Below, piece by piece: positions 9,428 through 17,344 of a stretch of 44,743 nt of DNA. Numbering within the stretch: the stretch's first letter is position 1; every line of letters begins with the position of its first letter. The stretch is from Candidatus Woesearchaeota archaeon (GTDB lineage: Archaea > Nanobdellota > Nanobdellia > SCGC-AAA011-G17 > PNOQ01): NCBI GenBank assembly GCA_018302135.1, contig JAGWAE010000006.1:1-44743 (forward strand), read 5' to 3'. The notes below the pieces were generated by a model that was not told the DNA's origin, made no database searches, and saw nothing but the letters and a program-made list of their open reading frames with translations. The translations under genes and the position numbers were made by a program.

Positions 9428-9954
9428 GATTTTTTATTGCTGTAAGTTTACCTAGTGAAGTTAAGAATGAACTTTATAGAATTCAAAAAAGTATAAATCC
9501 TGAATTTGCAAAAATAAAATGGATTAGTAAAAAAAATTTACATTTAACTTTAAAATTTATAGGGGAGTATAAAAATGAGGAAGATATTAAGAAACAACTA
9601 TCTACAATAAAATTTGAAAAGTTTGAAATAATTTTGAATAAACTTGAAGTTTTTCCTGATTATTTTAATATAAGAATAATGTGGGTTGATCTTGAGCCTA
9701 AAGAAAAAATATTAAATCTTCAAAAACAAGTTGATGAGAATTTAATAGAAATTATACAGAGAGATCAGAAATTTTCTTCCCATCTAACTTTAGGGAGAGT
9801 AAAGTCTATAAAACATAAAAAAGAATTTTTGGAATCTTTAAAATTAGTTAAAGTAAATCCCATTAAATTTGAAATGAATGAGTTTAGATTAATGAGTAGT
9901 AGATTAACTAAGGAAGGTCCAATTTATAGAATTATTGAAACTTTTAAAGCATAA
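9424..9954 (+). CDS. 2'-5' RNA ligase / 2',3'-cyclic phosphodiesterase (LigT/ThpR, 2H family)
   Basis: Two H-x-T-x motifs (HLTLKF and HLTLGR) at the expected spacing in a 176-aa protein. Confidence 0.85.
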   Translation: MRFFIAVSLPSEVKNELYRIQKSINPEFAKIKWISKKNLHLTLKFIGEYKNEEDIKKQLSTIKFEKFEIILNKLEVFPDYFNIRIMWVDLEPKEKILNLQKQVDENLIEIIQRDQKFSSHLTLGRVKSIKHKKEFLESLKLVKVNPIKFEMNEFRLMSSRLTKEGPIYRIIETFKA

Positions 9955-9956
9955 TA

Positions 9957-9964
9957 TTTATATA
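9957..9964 (+). promoter_or_regulatory. TATA box for the M64-like peptidase gene
   Basis: TTTATATA ends 21 nt before the ATG at 9986. This supports 9986, rather than 9935, as the real start. Confidence 0.4.
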
Positions 9965-9985
9965 GATTTAAACATAATTTTTTCT

Positions 9986-11151
9986 ATGATAAGCAATAAT
10001 AGTAAGAGCTGGATGCCATTTATCTTCCTGTTAATTTTAGTTTCCTTTGTTGTTATTTATGTTTTTCTTGGAGATTTATTTGTTTCAACAAGACAACCAG
10101 TTCAACCTTCCCCAGGATGTATTGCTGTTCAAAATAATGGAGATCAAGAAAATAGTATAGATATTGTTTTTTTACCGGATAATTTTCAAAGTGTTGAAAA
10201 ATTTAGAGAAAAAACAGATAAGATGATAGAATCTTTTAAAGGTACTAAACCTTATGTCATAAATATGGTGGGGATGCTATTGTATGTGATCCTTCAAGTG
10301 TTAAAAAATCTGCTACTTTGTGTCCCCATGATTATGTTATTGTAGCGGTTGATTCTGAAGGAATACAAAATCTTTTTGATTTACTTAGATCTAGTGCTTG
10401 GATGGGAATTGCATCTTTGAACACTGCAGATGATCCATTAGTTTTTAGTCATGAATTTGCACATCTGTTTGCTAATTTTGCTGATGAGTACGAGTATGGC
10501 GGAAAGATAAGCTGGGATGCACCTAACTGTGATTCATCTTGGGAAACTTGTCCAAAATTTAATGTTGTTGGTGATTCTGAATGCGTCCAGGGTTGTGTAA
10601 ACAATGAAAATTCTAGGTCTATTAATGTGGGTATAATGAGAGATTATTGGAAATCAAAAGTTTATGGTAGTTATAATGAGCATATTTTAACTGCCTTCAT
10701 ATTAAAAAACACCAAGGCATCTTCAAATGATCAAATCGCCAAATCCATGCCAATCAATATTGTTCAATTAAATTATATAGATAATAACTGGCAAATTTTA
10801 AATGTTGAAGAATCTGTGGGTTATCCTGATGGTTTTAATCAAGGGGCAGTTTCAACTTTTAAAGTTGTAGTGGAAAATGAAAATTACGAAAATATTTTTG
10901 AATTAGATCTACCTCTGCCTGTTTTGTATTTAGATGGTCACGATAGTGAAAACAATCCTTATTATGATGCCGTTTTAACTGATGGTGTAATTTATACTGT
11001 TAGTGTTCCAAAGACAGATAAGGAGTCTAGAATAGTTGTTAAAAATAATAATAGAATTGTTAGTGCTTATAATTTACAAAAAAATCAGATAGAATCAATT
11101 TCATATAATAAAGTTAATATTGGAATACCTCAAACATTTTCGTCTTCATAA
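9986..11151 (+). pseudogene. M64-like zinc metallopeptidase, membrane-anchored, interrupted by a single -1 frame change
   Basis: Track ORFs 9935..10345 and 10318..11151 are two halves of one gene. The first half carries an N-terminal TM helix and IDIVFLPDNF..FKGTKPY; the second carries YGGDAIVCD..HEFAHLFANFADEYEYGG (HExxH followed by ADEY). The downstream frame is open from 10249, so both frames are open across 10249..10345. Confidence 0.6.
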
Positions 11152-13337
11152 ATTTCATCTAATACTCTTTTTATTTCACCTGCCTTTTTTTGACCAAGCT
11201 GATCTATTTTAATTAATTTTTCAGGTTTGGCATTTATAATTTTTTTAACTGTTTTAAATTCCTTTAATAATGATTTTGCTAATGAAGGACCTATATTCGG
11301 TAATGATTCTATAATAAACTCTTGTTGTTCTTTTGTTGTCATTGGTTTTTTCTCTGTCCTTACTCCAATATCTTTTTCTTCATAATTTTGTTCTCTGTTT
11401 GTGATAGCTTTTATAATCTCTGCAGTTTCTTGGAAATTTTTTGTTTGAATTATTGGAATACCATAAGATATCGCTATTGTTGCTAACATTCCTCTTATTG
11501 CATTTGGGTGGATGTTTCTTAACGAATAAATGTCTTCTTCTCCTTCTAGTATCAACAATGGTCTTTCAAAATTATTTTTTAAGTCTTTTATTTGATGGAG
11601 TAATCTTTTGTCTATTATTGAATCTACGAAATCTTTTTTTGTTTTTCTTTCTACCCCTACTCTTTTAGATAAAACAAAATCTGCAGTGGTTAATGTTCTA
11701 GTTCTTACGTTCATTCCAATTTCATTTAAATATTTTATAACTCCTGATGCACCTTCTCTATTATCTGCATAAACTATTAGCTCTGATTCTTTTTTTTCAT
11801 CCATATATTCTTTTAATGTTGGTTGGTTTGAAATTTTTATTTTATTCTTAAGATCTAACAAAAGTCTGTGCATTCTTTTTTCTTTGTGAAATGCAGTCCA
11901 ATGATATGCTTCATCTCTAGTATTTTTTGTCATTAAAACTATTAACCTTCCAGATGAATGCCTTGCAGTTCTACCTTTTCTTTGAATATATCTTATTGCA
12001 GAGGGTACTGGCTCATAAAAAATAACTAAATCTACTTTTGGAATGTCTAATCCTTCTTCTCCAATTGATGTAGATATTAAACAATTGTAAATACTATTCT
12101 CAAAATCTTTTATTATACTTATTTGTTCTTTTTGAGTTAGACCCGTACCATTTTTCTTTGCTTGACCAACGAATAGTTTTGCATGTATATTGTCTAATTT
12201 GTTTAATTTTTTTTCAATTTCTTGTGCTGAATCTCTATACTGATTGAATACCATTATCTTTACATTCTTGTTATTTTCTATTTCATTTTTTACTAATTCT
12301 ATTAATTTTTCTTCCTTAGGGTGAACTACATTTTTTTCTAAAGCCAATTTTGATTTTATATAAGCTGATTTAAAATTTAAATCTTGAATCAAATTTTTTA
12401 CTGCTTTCGATTTAAGATTACTTTCAAATATAGATTTTAAATAATTATAAACACTTTTTATTCCTTGAGTTTCCAATAGTTCTATTGCATGGTTTGTTTT
12501 TATTGCTTCTGCAGATATTGAAACTGCTCGGAATATTTGAAAGTCTTTTTCGCCTCTAGCGATTTGACCTTGTAACGATGATTGTATACTTAATAAATCT
12601 TTTTTCGAGATATCTGAAGTTGACCTAGTATAACCAAATTTTTTTAGTTCTTCTAACTTTGATTTTAATGAGTATTCTAAATAATTTTTTATTTCTTTTA
12701 ATTCTTCAGGTAAATCTATTTTTATCCAATCTATGTTTATATCTTGAACATATTGTTTTACATCGGGATCTTCTTCTGTTCTTGATTCTATTTCTTTTGT
12801 GAATAAATTATTGCAAACTTCGGTTACTGTTTCTAAATCAGATCCTGGTGAAGCAGTTAAACCAACTATTCTTTCATAATTTGCTTTTTTATGATATTGT
12901 TTTGCTATCCATGTATATGAGTAATCTTTTACTGCCCTATGTGCTTCATCTAAAATTAATAAAGAAACTTCTTTTAAATTAATAGAATCATTGATTATAT
13001 CGTTTTCAACTCCTTGGGGCGTACTTATTATTATTTTTGAATTTTTCCATAATTCTTCTCTTTTTTTTGGGGAAATCTCTCCAGTAAATAAATTTATTTC
13101 ATCCACATCTGTGTTATTTTTAAATTCTTGAAATATTTGATTTACTAACGGTTTTGTTGGAGTAAGAAATAATATTTTTGAGTTAGGATATTTGTTTAAT
13201 CTTTGAATCGAAGTCATAATGCCTATCTTTGTTTTTCCTAATCCTGTAGGTAATACAACTAATGTGTTCTCTCTTGAACAAGTATCTAATATCATTTGTT
13301 GATATAATCTAGGTTCGAAATCTTTTATTTTAAACAT
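11130..13337 (-). CDS. hef: Hef (helicase-associated endonuclease for fork-structured DNA; FANCM/XPF-like)
   Basis: SF2 helicase motifs (PTGLGKT, LILDEAH, LTASPG, QRKGRTAR), then a C-terminal ERCC4 nuclease (ADNRE, VERKTKKDF) and an (HhH)2 tail (LPNIGPSLAKSLL..LGQKKAGEI). 735 aa. Confidence 0.9.
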   Translation of the reverse strand: MFKIKDFEPRLYQQMILDTCSRENTLVVLPTGLGKTKIGIMTSIQRLNKYPNSKILFLTPTKPLVNQIFQEFKNNTDVDEINLFTGEISPKKREELWKNSKIIISTPQGVENDIINDSINLKEVSLLILDEAHRAVKDYSYTWIAKQYHKKANYERIVGLTASPGSDLETVTEVCNNLFTKEIESRTEEDPDVKQYVQDINIDWIKIDLPEELKEIKNYLEYSLKSKLEELKKFGYTRSTSDISKKDLLSIQSSLQGQIARGEKDFQIFRAVSISAEAIKTNHAIELLETQGIKSVYNYLKSIFESNLKSKAVKNLIQDLNFKSAYIKSKLALEKNVVHPKEEKLIELVKNEIENNKNVKIMVFNQYRDSAQEIEKKLNKLDNIHAKLFVGQAKKNGTGLTQKEQISIIKDFENSIYNCLISTSIGEEGLDIPKVDLVIFYEPVPSAIRYIQRKGRTARHSSGRLIVLMTKNTRDEAYHWTAFHKEKRMHRLLLDLKNKIKISNQPTLKEYMDEKKESELIVYADNREGASGVIKYLNEIGMNVRTRTLTTADFVLSKRVGVERKTKKDFVDSIIDKRLLHQIKDLKNNFERPLLILEGEEDIYSLRNIHPNAIRGMLATIAISYGIPIIQTKNFQETAEIIKAITNREQNYEEKDIGVRTEKKPMTTKEQQEFIIESLPNIGPSLAKSLLKEFKTVKKIINAKPEKLIKIDQLGQKKAGEIKRVLDEIYEDENV

Positions 13338-13358
13338 GCTTTAAAGAATTCGTTTTTC

Positions 13359-13366
13359 TTTATAAA
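13359..13366 (-). promoter_or_regulatory. TATA box for hef
   Basis: The palindromic TTTATAAA ends 21 nt upstream of the hef ATG (13337..13335 on the minus strand). Confidence 0.55.
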
Positions 13367-13376
13367 TCATTTTGCT

Positions 13377-13390
13377 GTGGTTGGCAAGCT
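13377..13390 (-). promoter_or_regulatory. GC-rich 14-nt motif AGCTTGCCAACCAC, copy 1 (upstream of hef)
   Basis: Read on the minus strand as AGCTTGCCAACCAC, it lies exactly 10 nt upstream of the hef TATA box. An identical 14-mer with identical spacing and an identical TATA box occurs at 29522..29535 in front of the radA operon. Confidence 0.55.
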
Positions 13391-14196
13391 CACAAAGTTC
13401 TGTATAAAAAGATTGTTAGTAATAATATTGCAACTATTGCAGATAAGATTAAAGTTAATACCGGAGATAGAATTTGCATTAGTGCTACAGAGATTAGTAT
13501 AAATGTTCCACTGCAAATATATAAGGGTAAAGATCCAAAAAAGATTTTTGAACCGTCTAAACCAGAGAAAGGAATCATAGAAAATATTGCTAACGTATAG
13601 CTTATTTCTACTAATTTATCAAAACCTGGAAATTGTTTGAATATTAACGCCATTAATAAACATGTTAGTGGCCCAACTAAGAAGATTAATGCTTCTTCAT
13701 ATTCGCTTATATGTTTATACTCTCTACCAACATTTCTTCCTTTTCTTTGAGATATTTCTGAACTACCTACTGTTGCAAATTTTAGTATTCCGTTTGTTAG
13801 AAATGCAAATAATAATGGGATTATTACACCCATTTTTATAGATTTTATTTTCATTCCAAATAATTTTGTTTCATTTACTTTGGAACTTTTGGTGAACCAA
13901 AATCGTTTCATTGACCAGATTGTAAATCTGGAATTTAGTTCGAATTTTTTTGCGATAAGCTTATGAGATAATTGATATATTGATAACACTATTAATGAAA
14001 GAATAGTTGCTCTTATTAAATTTGAAAGACCCAAATCTATATTTACGCTACCGTATCCCCATTCTTTGAATGAAAATATAAAACCTAAAACTAATGATCC
14101 AATGATCAAACTGATTATTTCTTTAGAATCAATTATTTTTTCTTTTGGCATTTTTACTATTTTATTAATAATTAACCTATTTAAGTTTTTTGCCAT
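13390..14196 (-). CDS. M50/site-2-protease-like membrane protein with a degenerate active site
   Basis: Polytopic, 268 aa. The C-terminal motif MIPFSGLDGSKIF matches the S2P NxxPxxxLDG motif. The position expected for HExxH reads YQLSHKLIAKKF, so the first His and the Glu are replaced. Confidence 0.5.
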   Translation of the reverse strand: MAKNLNRLIINKIVKMPKEKIIDSKEIISLIIGSLVLGFIFSFKEWGYGSVNIDLGLSNLIRATILSLIVLSIYQLSHKLIAKKFELNSRFTIWSMKRFWFTKSSKVNETKLFGMKIKSIKMGVIIPLLFAFLTNGILKFATVGSSEISQRKGRNVGREYKHISEYEEALIFLVGPLTCLLMALIFKQFPGFDKLVEISYTLAIFSMIPFSGLDGSKIFFGSLPLYICSGTFILISVALMQILSPVLTLILSAIVAILLLTIFLYRTL

Positions 14197-14339
14197 AATT
14201 TAGTTAAAACTATAGTTTTTTCGATTAAAATGATTATGTTAATATGTTTTTGAAGTTAGGAAATTGACTTTTTGTGCTTTGCTTGGGAAAAGAAAAGTAT
14301 TTAAACTTAAAAAGAGTTCTACTTTTCATAAAGGAGGTC

Positions 14340-14645
14340 ATGATAATGTTAAAGACAAAAAAAGTAACTGACGTTTATAATATGCCTGTGTATACTGATT
14401 CTGGTGAATACTTTGGAGAAATAGATGAATCTATATTATCGGGTAGTAAAATATTTGGTTGGAGAGTTAGGGCCACAAAGAAATCTTATTTAAATAAGGT
14501 ACTTGGTGGAGCTAAAGGTGTAATAGTACCCCATAATATGGTGAAGTCATTTGGTGATGTTGTCATAATAAGCAAAGCAGCAATACCAAATAGTGGAAGT
14601 TCTGAGGAATCTATGCCTGCAAGTAATAATGACTCCGGCATGTAA
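14340..14645 (+). CDS. PRC-barrel domain protein
   Basis: V.DVYNMPVYTDSGEYFGEIDESIL..GWRV....GVIVPHNMVKSFGDVVII is a typical PRC-barrel pattern. A strong Shine-Dalgarno sequence (AAGGAGGT) sits just before the ATG at 14340, so the track start at 14274 is probably too far upstream. Confidence 0.65.
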   Translation: MIMLKTKKVTDVYNMPVYTDSGEYFGEIDESILSGSKIFGWRVRATKKSYLNKVLGGAKGVIVPHNMVKSFGDVVIISKAAIPNSGSSEESMPASNNDSGM

Positions 14646-14686
14646 AAAACATAACTTTTAAATACTTATAATTTTTATTTTCTTTA

Positions 14687-15238
14687 ATGGCATCGGTTTT
14701 AAGAGGTACGATAGATTTTCTAAAAGATTTTGGGCTATTTGATGTAATATTACCTTTCTTGTTTATTTTCGCAATAATCTTTGCTATACTAGAAAAAACA
14801 ATGATTCTTGGTAAAGAAAAAGATTTGCCTAAGAAGAATTTAAATTCTATTGTTGCTTTGGTTATAGCTTTGATATTTGTTTCAGCTAATAAATTAGTTA
14901 ATATGTTAACTGATGCTTTGCCAAATATAGCTTTGATGATCGTAATATCTGTTTCTTTCTTAATGATGCTCGGAGTATTTTGGAAAACAGAAGAATTTGA
15001 TTTTAAAACAAATGAAAAGAATTGGTATAGATTATTTTCGGTTGTAGCATTTATTGCTTTAATTTTAATATTCTTGGGTGCTTATGAAGTTACACCTGGA
15101 ACTAGTTTATTATCTCAATGGATTGATTCGATTGGGTCTGGAAGACTTAATGATATTATATCTGGGGTTGTTATTTTGGGAGTTATAGTTGGATTGTTAA
15201 TTTATGTCACTAGGAGACCTTCGGGAGGTAACTCATAA
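14687..15238 (+). CDS. Membrane protein, paralog 1 of a tandem triplet (unknown family)
   Basis: 183 aa with about 5 TM helices. The N-terminal module DFGLFDVILPFLFIFAIIFAILEKTMILGKEKD is shared with the next two genes. Confidence 0.7.
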   Translation: MASVLRGTIDFLKDFGLFDVILPFLFIFAIIFAILEKTMILGKEKDLPKKNLNSIVALVIALIFVSANKLVNMLTDALPNIALMIVISVSFLMMLGVFWKTEEFDFKTNEKNWYRLFSVVAFIALILIFLGAYEVTPGTSLLSQWIDSIGSGRLNDIISGVVILGVIVGLLIYVTRRPSGGNS

Positions 15239-15750
15239 TGGTTGATTTTTATACAATATTTTATCAGTTAGAGGATAGTGGATTTTATACTTATTTTTTA
15301 CCGTTTATGTTAGTATTTGTAATTTTGTTTGCAATACTTGAGAAAACGTTTATATTTGGTAGAATTGGCAAGGAAGAAAATGCGCTACCAAAAACTAATA
15401 TCAATGTTGTTGTTGCTTTGATAATAAGTTTATTCATGATAACTAGAACTGACTTAGTATTAATAATGAATAATTATTTGTCTAAAATGTCTTTTTTTAT
15501 TGTCATAGCAGTTATGGTATTAATCGTTATTGCAATGTTTACGGGATCAGATAGTTCTGTTCCAATGAAATATGCGGCATGGATTGCTATTGTAGCAGGC
15601 ATATGGTCTTTAGCATCTGGAACTTTGGGAGACAATTTCCCTTATTGGGGTTATTTGGTTGATGGATCCTTAACATGGATATTAGGATTAGGATTATTCG
15701 TGTTAGTTGTAGTGGCTTTGATGAATTCAAGTAAACCTCCTAAACCTTAA
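15238..15750 (+). CDS. Membrane protein, paralog 2 of a tandem triplet
   Basis: 170 aa with the N-terminal module DSGFYTYFLPFMLVFVILFAILEKTFIFGRIGKE. Its start overlaps the previous stop by 1 nt (TAATG). Confidence 0.7.
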   Translation: MVDFYTIFYQLEDSGFYTYFLPFMLVFVILFAILEKTFIFGRIGKEENALPKTNINVVVALIISLFMITRTDLVLIMNNYLSKMSFFIVIAVMVLIVIAMFTGSDSSVPMKYAAWIAIVAGIWSLASGTLGDNFPYWGYLVDGSLTWILGLGLFVLVVVALMNSSKPPKP

Positions 15751-15762
15751 TTTATTTTTAAT

Positions 15763-16281
15763 ATGGCAACCTTTTGGGACATAGGAACAATAGAATATAT
15801 AACTCCTGTTCTAATCTTTGTTTTAGTATTTGTAATAATTTACGCAATAATGCAGAAGACTAAGTTGTTAGGTGGGTCAAGTAAAGTTGATTTTATGGTT
15901 GCATTGGTTTTATCTTTAGTTGCTTTAGTATCTGAAAATACTGTTAAACTTATTTCAGTTTTATCTGGTTGGTATGTTTTATTATTGGTTGCAATTATCT
16001 TAATAACCTTAGTTTTAGCAGTTGGTGCAAAAGGTGGTGATTCCTTGGTAGATGCAATTCCAAAAATGCCTACATTAATGAGTATTGCTTTCTATTTATC
16101 TTTGGTAATACTTGTTGTTAGTATCTCTCATGTTTTTGGTCCAGTGTTTCAACCGTATTCTGCTGATGCAGATCCTAGTTGGTGGGCATTGAGAACAATA
16201 TTTAATCCAAAAGTTGTAGGCACTGTTTTGATAATGCTAATAGCTTTGGTAGTAATTAGTAAATTAACAAAAGAATCTTAA
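15763..16281 (+). CDS. Membrane protein, paralog 3 of a tandem triplet
   Basis: 172 aa with the N-terminal module TIEYITPVLIFVLVFVIIYAIMQKTKLLGGSSK and the same TM layout. Confidence 0.7.
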   Translation: MATFWDIGTIEYITPVLIFVLVFVIIYAIMQKTKLLGGSSKVDFMVALVLSLVALVSENTVKLISVLSGWYVLLLVAIILITLVLAVGAKGGDSLVDAIPKMPTLMSIAFYLSLVILVVSISHVFGPVFQPYSADADPSWWALRTIFNPKVVGTVLIMLIALVVISKLTKES

Positions 16282-16899
16282 TTATTTTTTAAGTTTTTCA
16301 GTTATTTTTTCAAGATCTTTTACATTTCTAGTTAAAGGTTCTAGAATTTTTTCAAATACTTTTTCCATTGCTTTTACTTCAGTATTTAATTCTGAAATAT
16401 TATCATTATAATCACTTACTTTACTTAGAACCGCTTTTTGTAAATTATCAACTCTTGTTTGGATTCTAATAACTTCTTGTTTTACTCCTGACATATCAGT
16501 TTCTACTTTTTCTTTCCACAATCTTAAGTCACCAATATTTTTTATCATATCGTCCCATTTTTCAGCAACTACTGATTCTGCTATTTCTTCTACCATTTCG
16601 TAATTAGCTCTTCCTGGGGGCTCTTGTGAAAATATTGGCATTCTTGTTTGCATTTGCTGAACTTCTGGTTGAATTTGTTCTGTTTGAAATTCGGGTTCAG
16701 GTAATTTTTCGGATGGGGAAGGAACATCATTTATATCTATTTCTTGTTTTACTGCTGCTTGATCGAGTGAATTATAAATCTCTTGAGGGGAGTATTTTTC
16801 TCTTTCTAATCTATTGAATATTTGAGAATTATCCATTCCTTCTCTTCTTAAATCAAGAACTCTATCAGTTGGTGCAGATTTATTTCCTTTTCCTAACAT
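16282..16899 (-). CDS. Coiled-coil protein with small helical N-terminal domain and acidic/Pro-Gln linker
   Basis: 205 aa: a UBA/HTH-like N-terminus (DRVLDLRREGMDNSQIFNRLEREKYSPQEIYNSL), a low-complexity PE/Q linker, then about 110 aa of heptad-like sequence. It overlaps the upstream 127-aa gene by 20 nt. Confidence 0.6.
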   Translation of the reverse strand: MLGKGNKSAPTDRVLDLRREGMDNSQIFNRLEREKYSPQEIYNSLDQAAVKQEIDINDVPSPSEKLPEPEFQTEQIQPEVQQMQTRMPIFSQEPPGRANYEMVEEIAESVVAEKWDDMIKNIGDLRLWKEKVETDMSGVKQEVIRIQTRVDNLQKAVLSKVSDYNDNISELNTEVKAMEKVFEKILEPLTRNVKDLEKITEKLKK

Positions 16900-17263
16900 T
16901 TTTTGTCCTCTTTTTTTCTATTAATTCTAAAACTTGTTCTTCTGTTACGAAATTTAATGGATTCCACATATTAATATATTTTTCTAAAACTTTCATTTGT
17001 TCCTTTCTTGCAAAAAAGGACATTTCTTTTACTATATTTCTTGTTGTTTCTTTTATTAATTCTAAACTTTCTTTTATTTCTCTTAATTCTTCATTCATAG
17101 ATTTTATTTCGGTAGTTAGTATTTTGTAATGATCTATCATATTTTGATTTATTAAAAGCATTCTTTCTCTAGTTACAGTATACTTTCCTTCTAAAATTCT
17201 AATCCTTGTACCCAATTCGTTTAATGGGCTGTATATGTCTTGTGCTGGCGATATGGATGTCAT
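16880..17263 (-). CDS. Small coiled-coil protein
   Basis: 127 aa, predominantly heptad-like (RIRILEGKY..EIKSMNEELREIKESLELIKETTRNIVKEM) with a basic tail. It is the first gene of a two-gene minus-strand unit that diverges from the pilus ATPase gene. Confidence 0.6.
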   Translation of the reverse strand: MTSISPAQDIYSPLNELGTRIRILEGKYTVTRERMLLINQNMIDHYKILTTEIKSMNEELREIKESLELIKETTRNIVKEMSFFARKEQMKVLEKYINMWNPLNFVTEEQVLELIEKKRTKNVRKRK

Positions 17264-17344
17264 TTTAAATCGAAAACTATTTAATAAGCTTAATATATAA
17301 AATCTTTTATAATAAAACTTATGTTGTTAGAGTAGAGTGGTGAT

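Noticed and set aside
9935-9985. Upstream start codons proposed by the track (9935; likewise 14274, 23857, 25895, 29846 and 31031)
   Set aside because: Downstream ATGs fit better. Each has either a TATA box at leaderless spacing, a strong Shine-Dalgarno, an ATGA overlap with the previous stop, or the conserved N-terminus of the family (MNKKG leaders, the RadA HhH, aEF-1beta MARAV...).
11441-11668. 75-aa plus-strand ORF
   Set aside because: It is antisense to hef, with a Leu/Phe-rich shadow translation.
16626-17129. Plus-strand ORFs 16626..16817 and 16869..17129
   Set aside because: They are antisense to the two coiled-coil genes. The Leu/Phe-rich translations are typical of reverse-complemented Glu/Lys-rich coiled coils.
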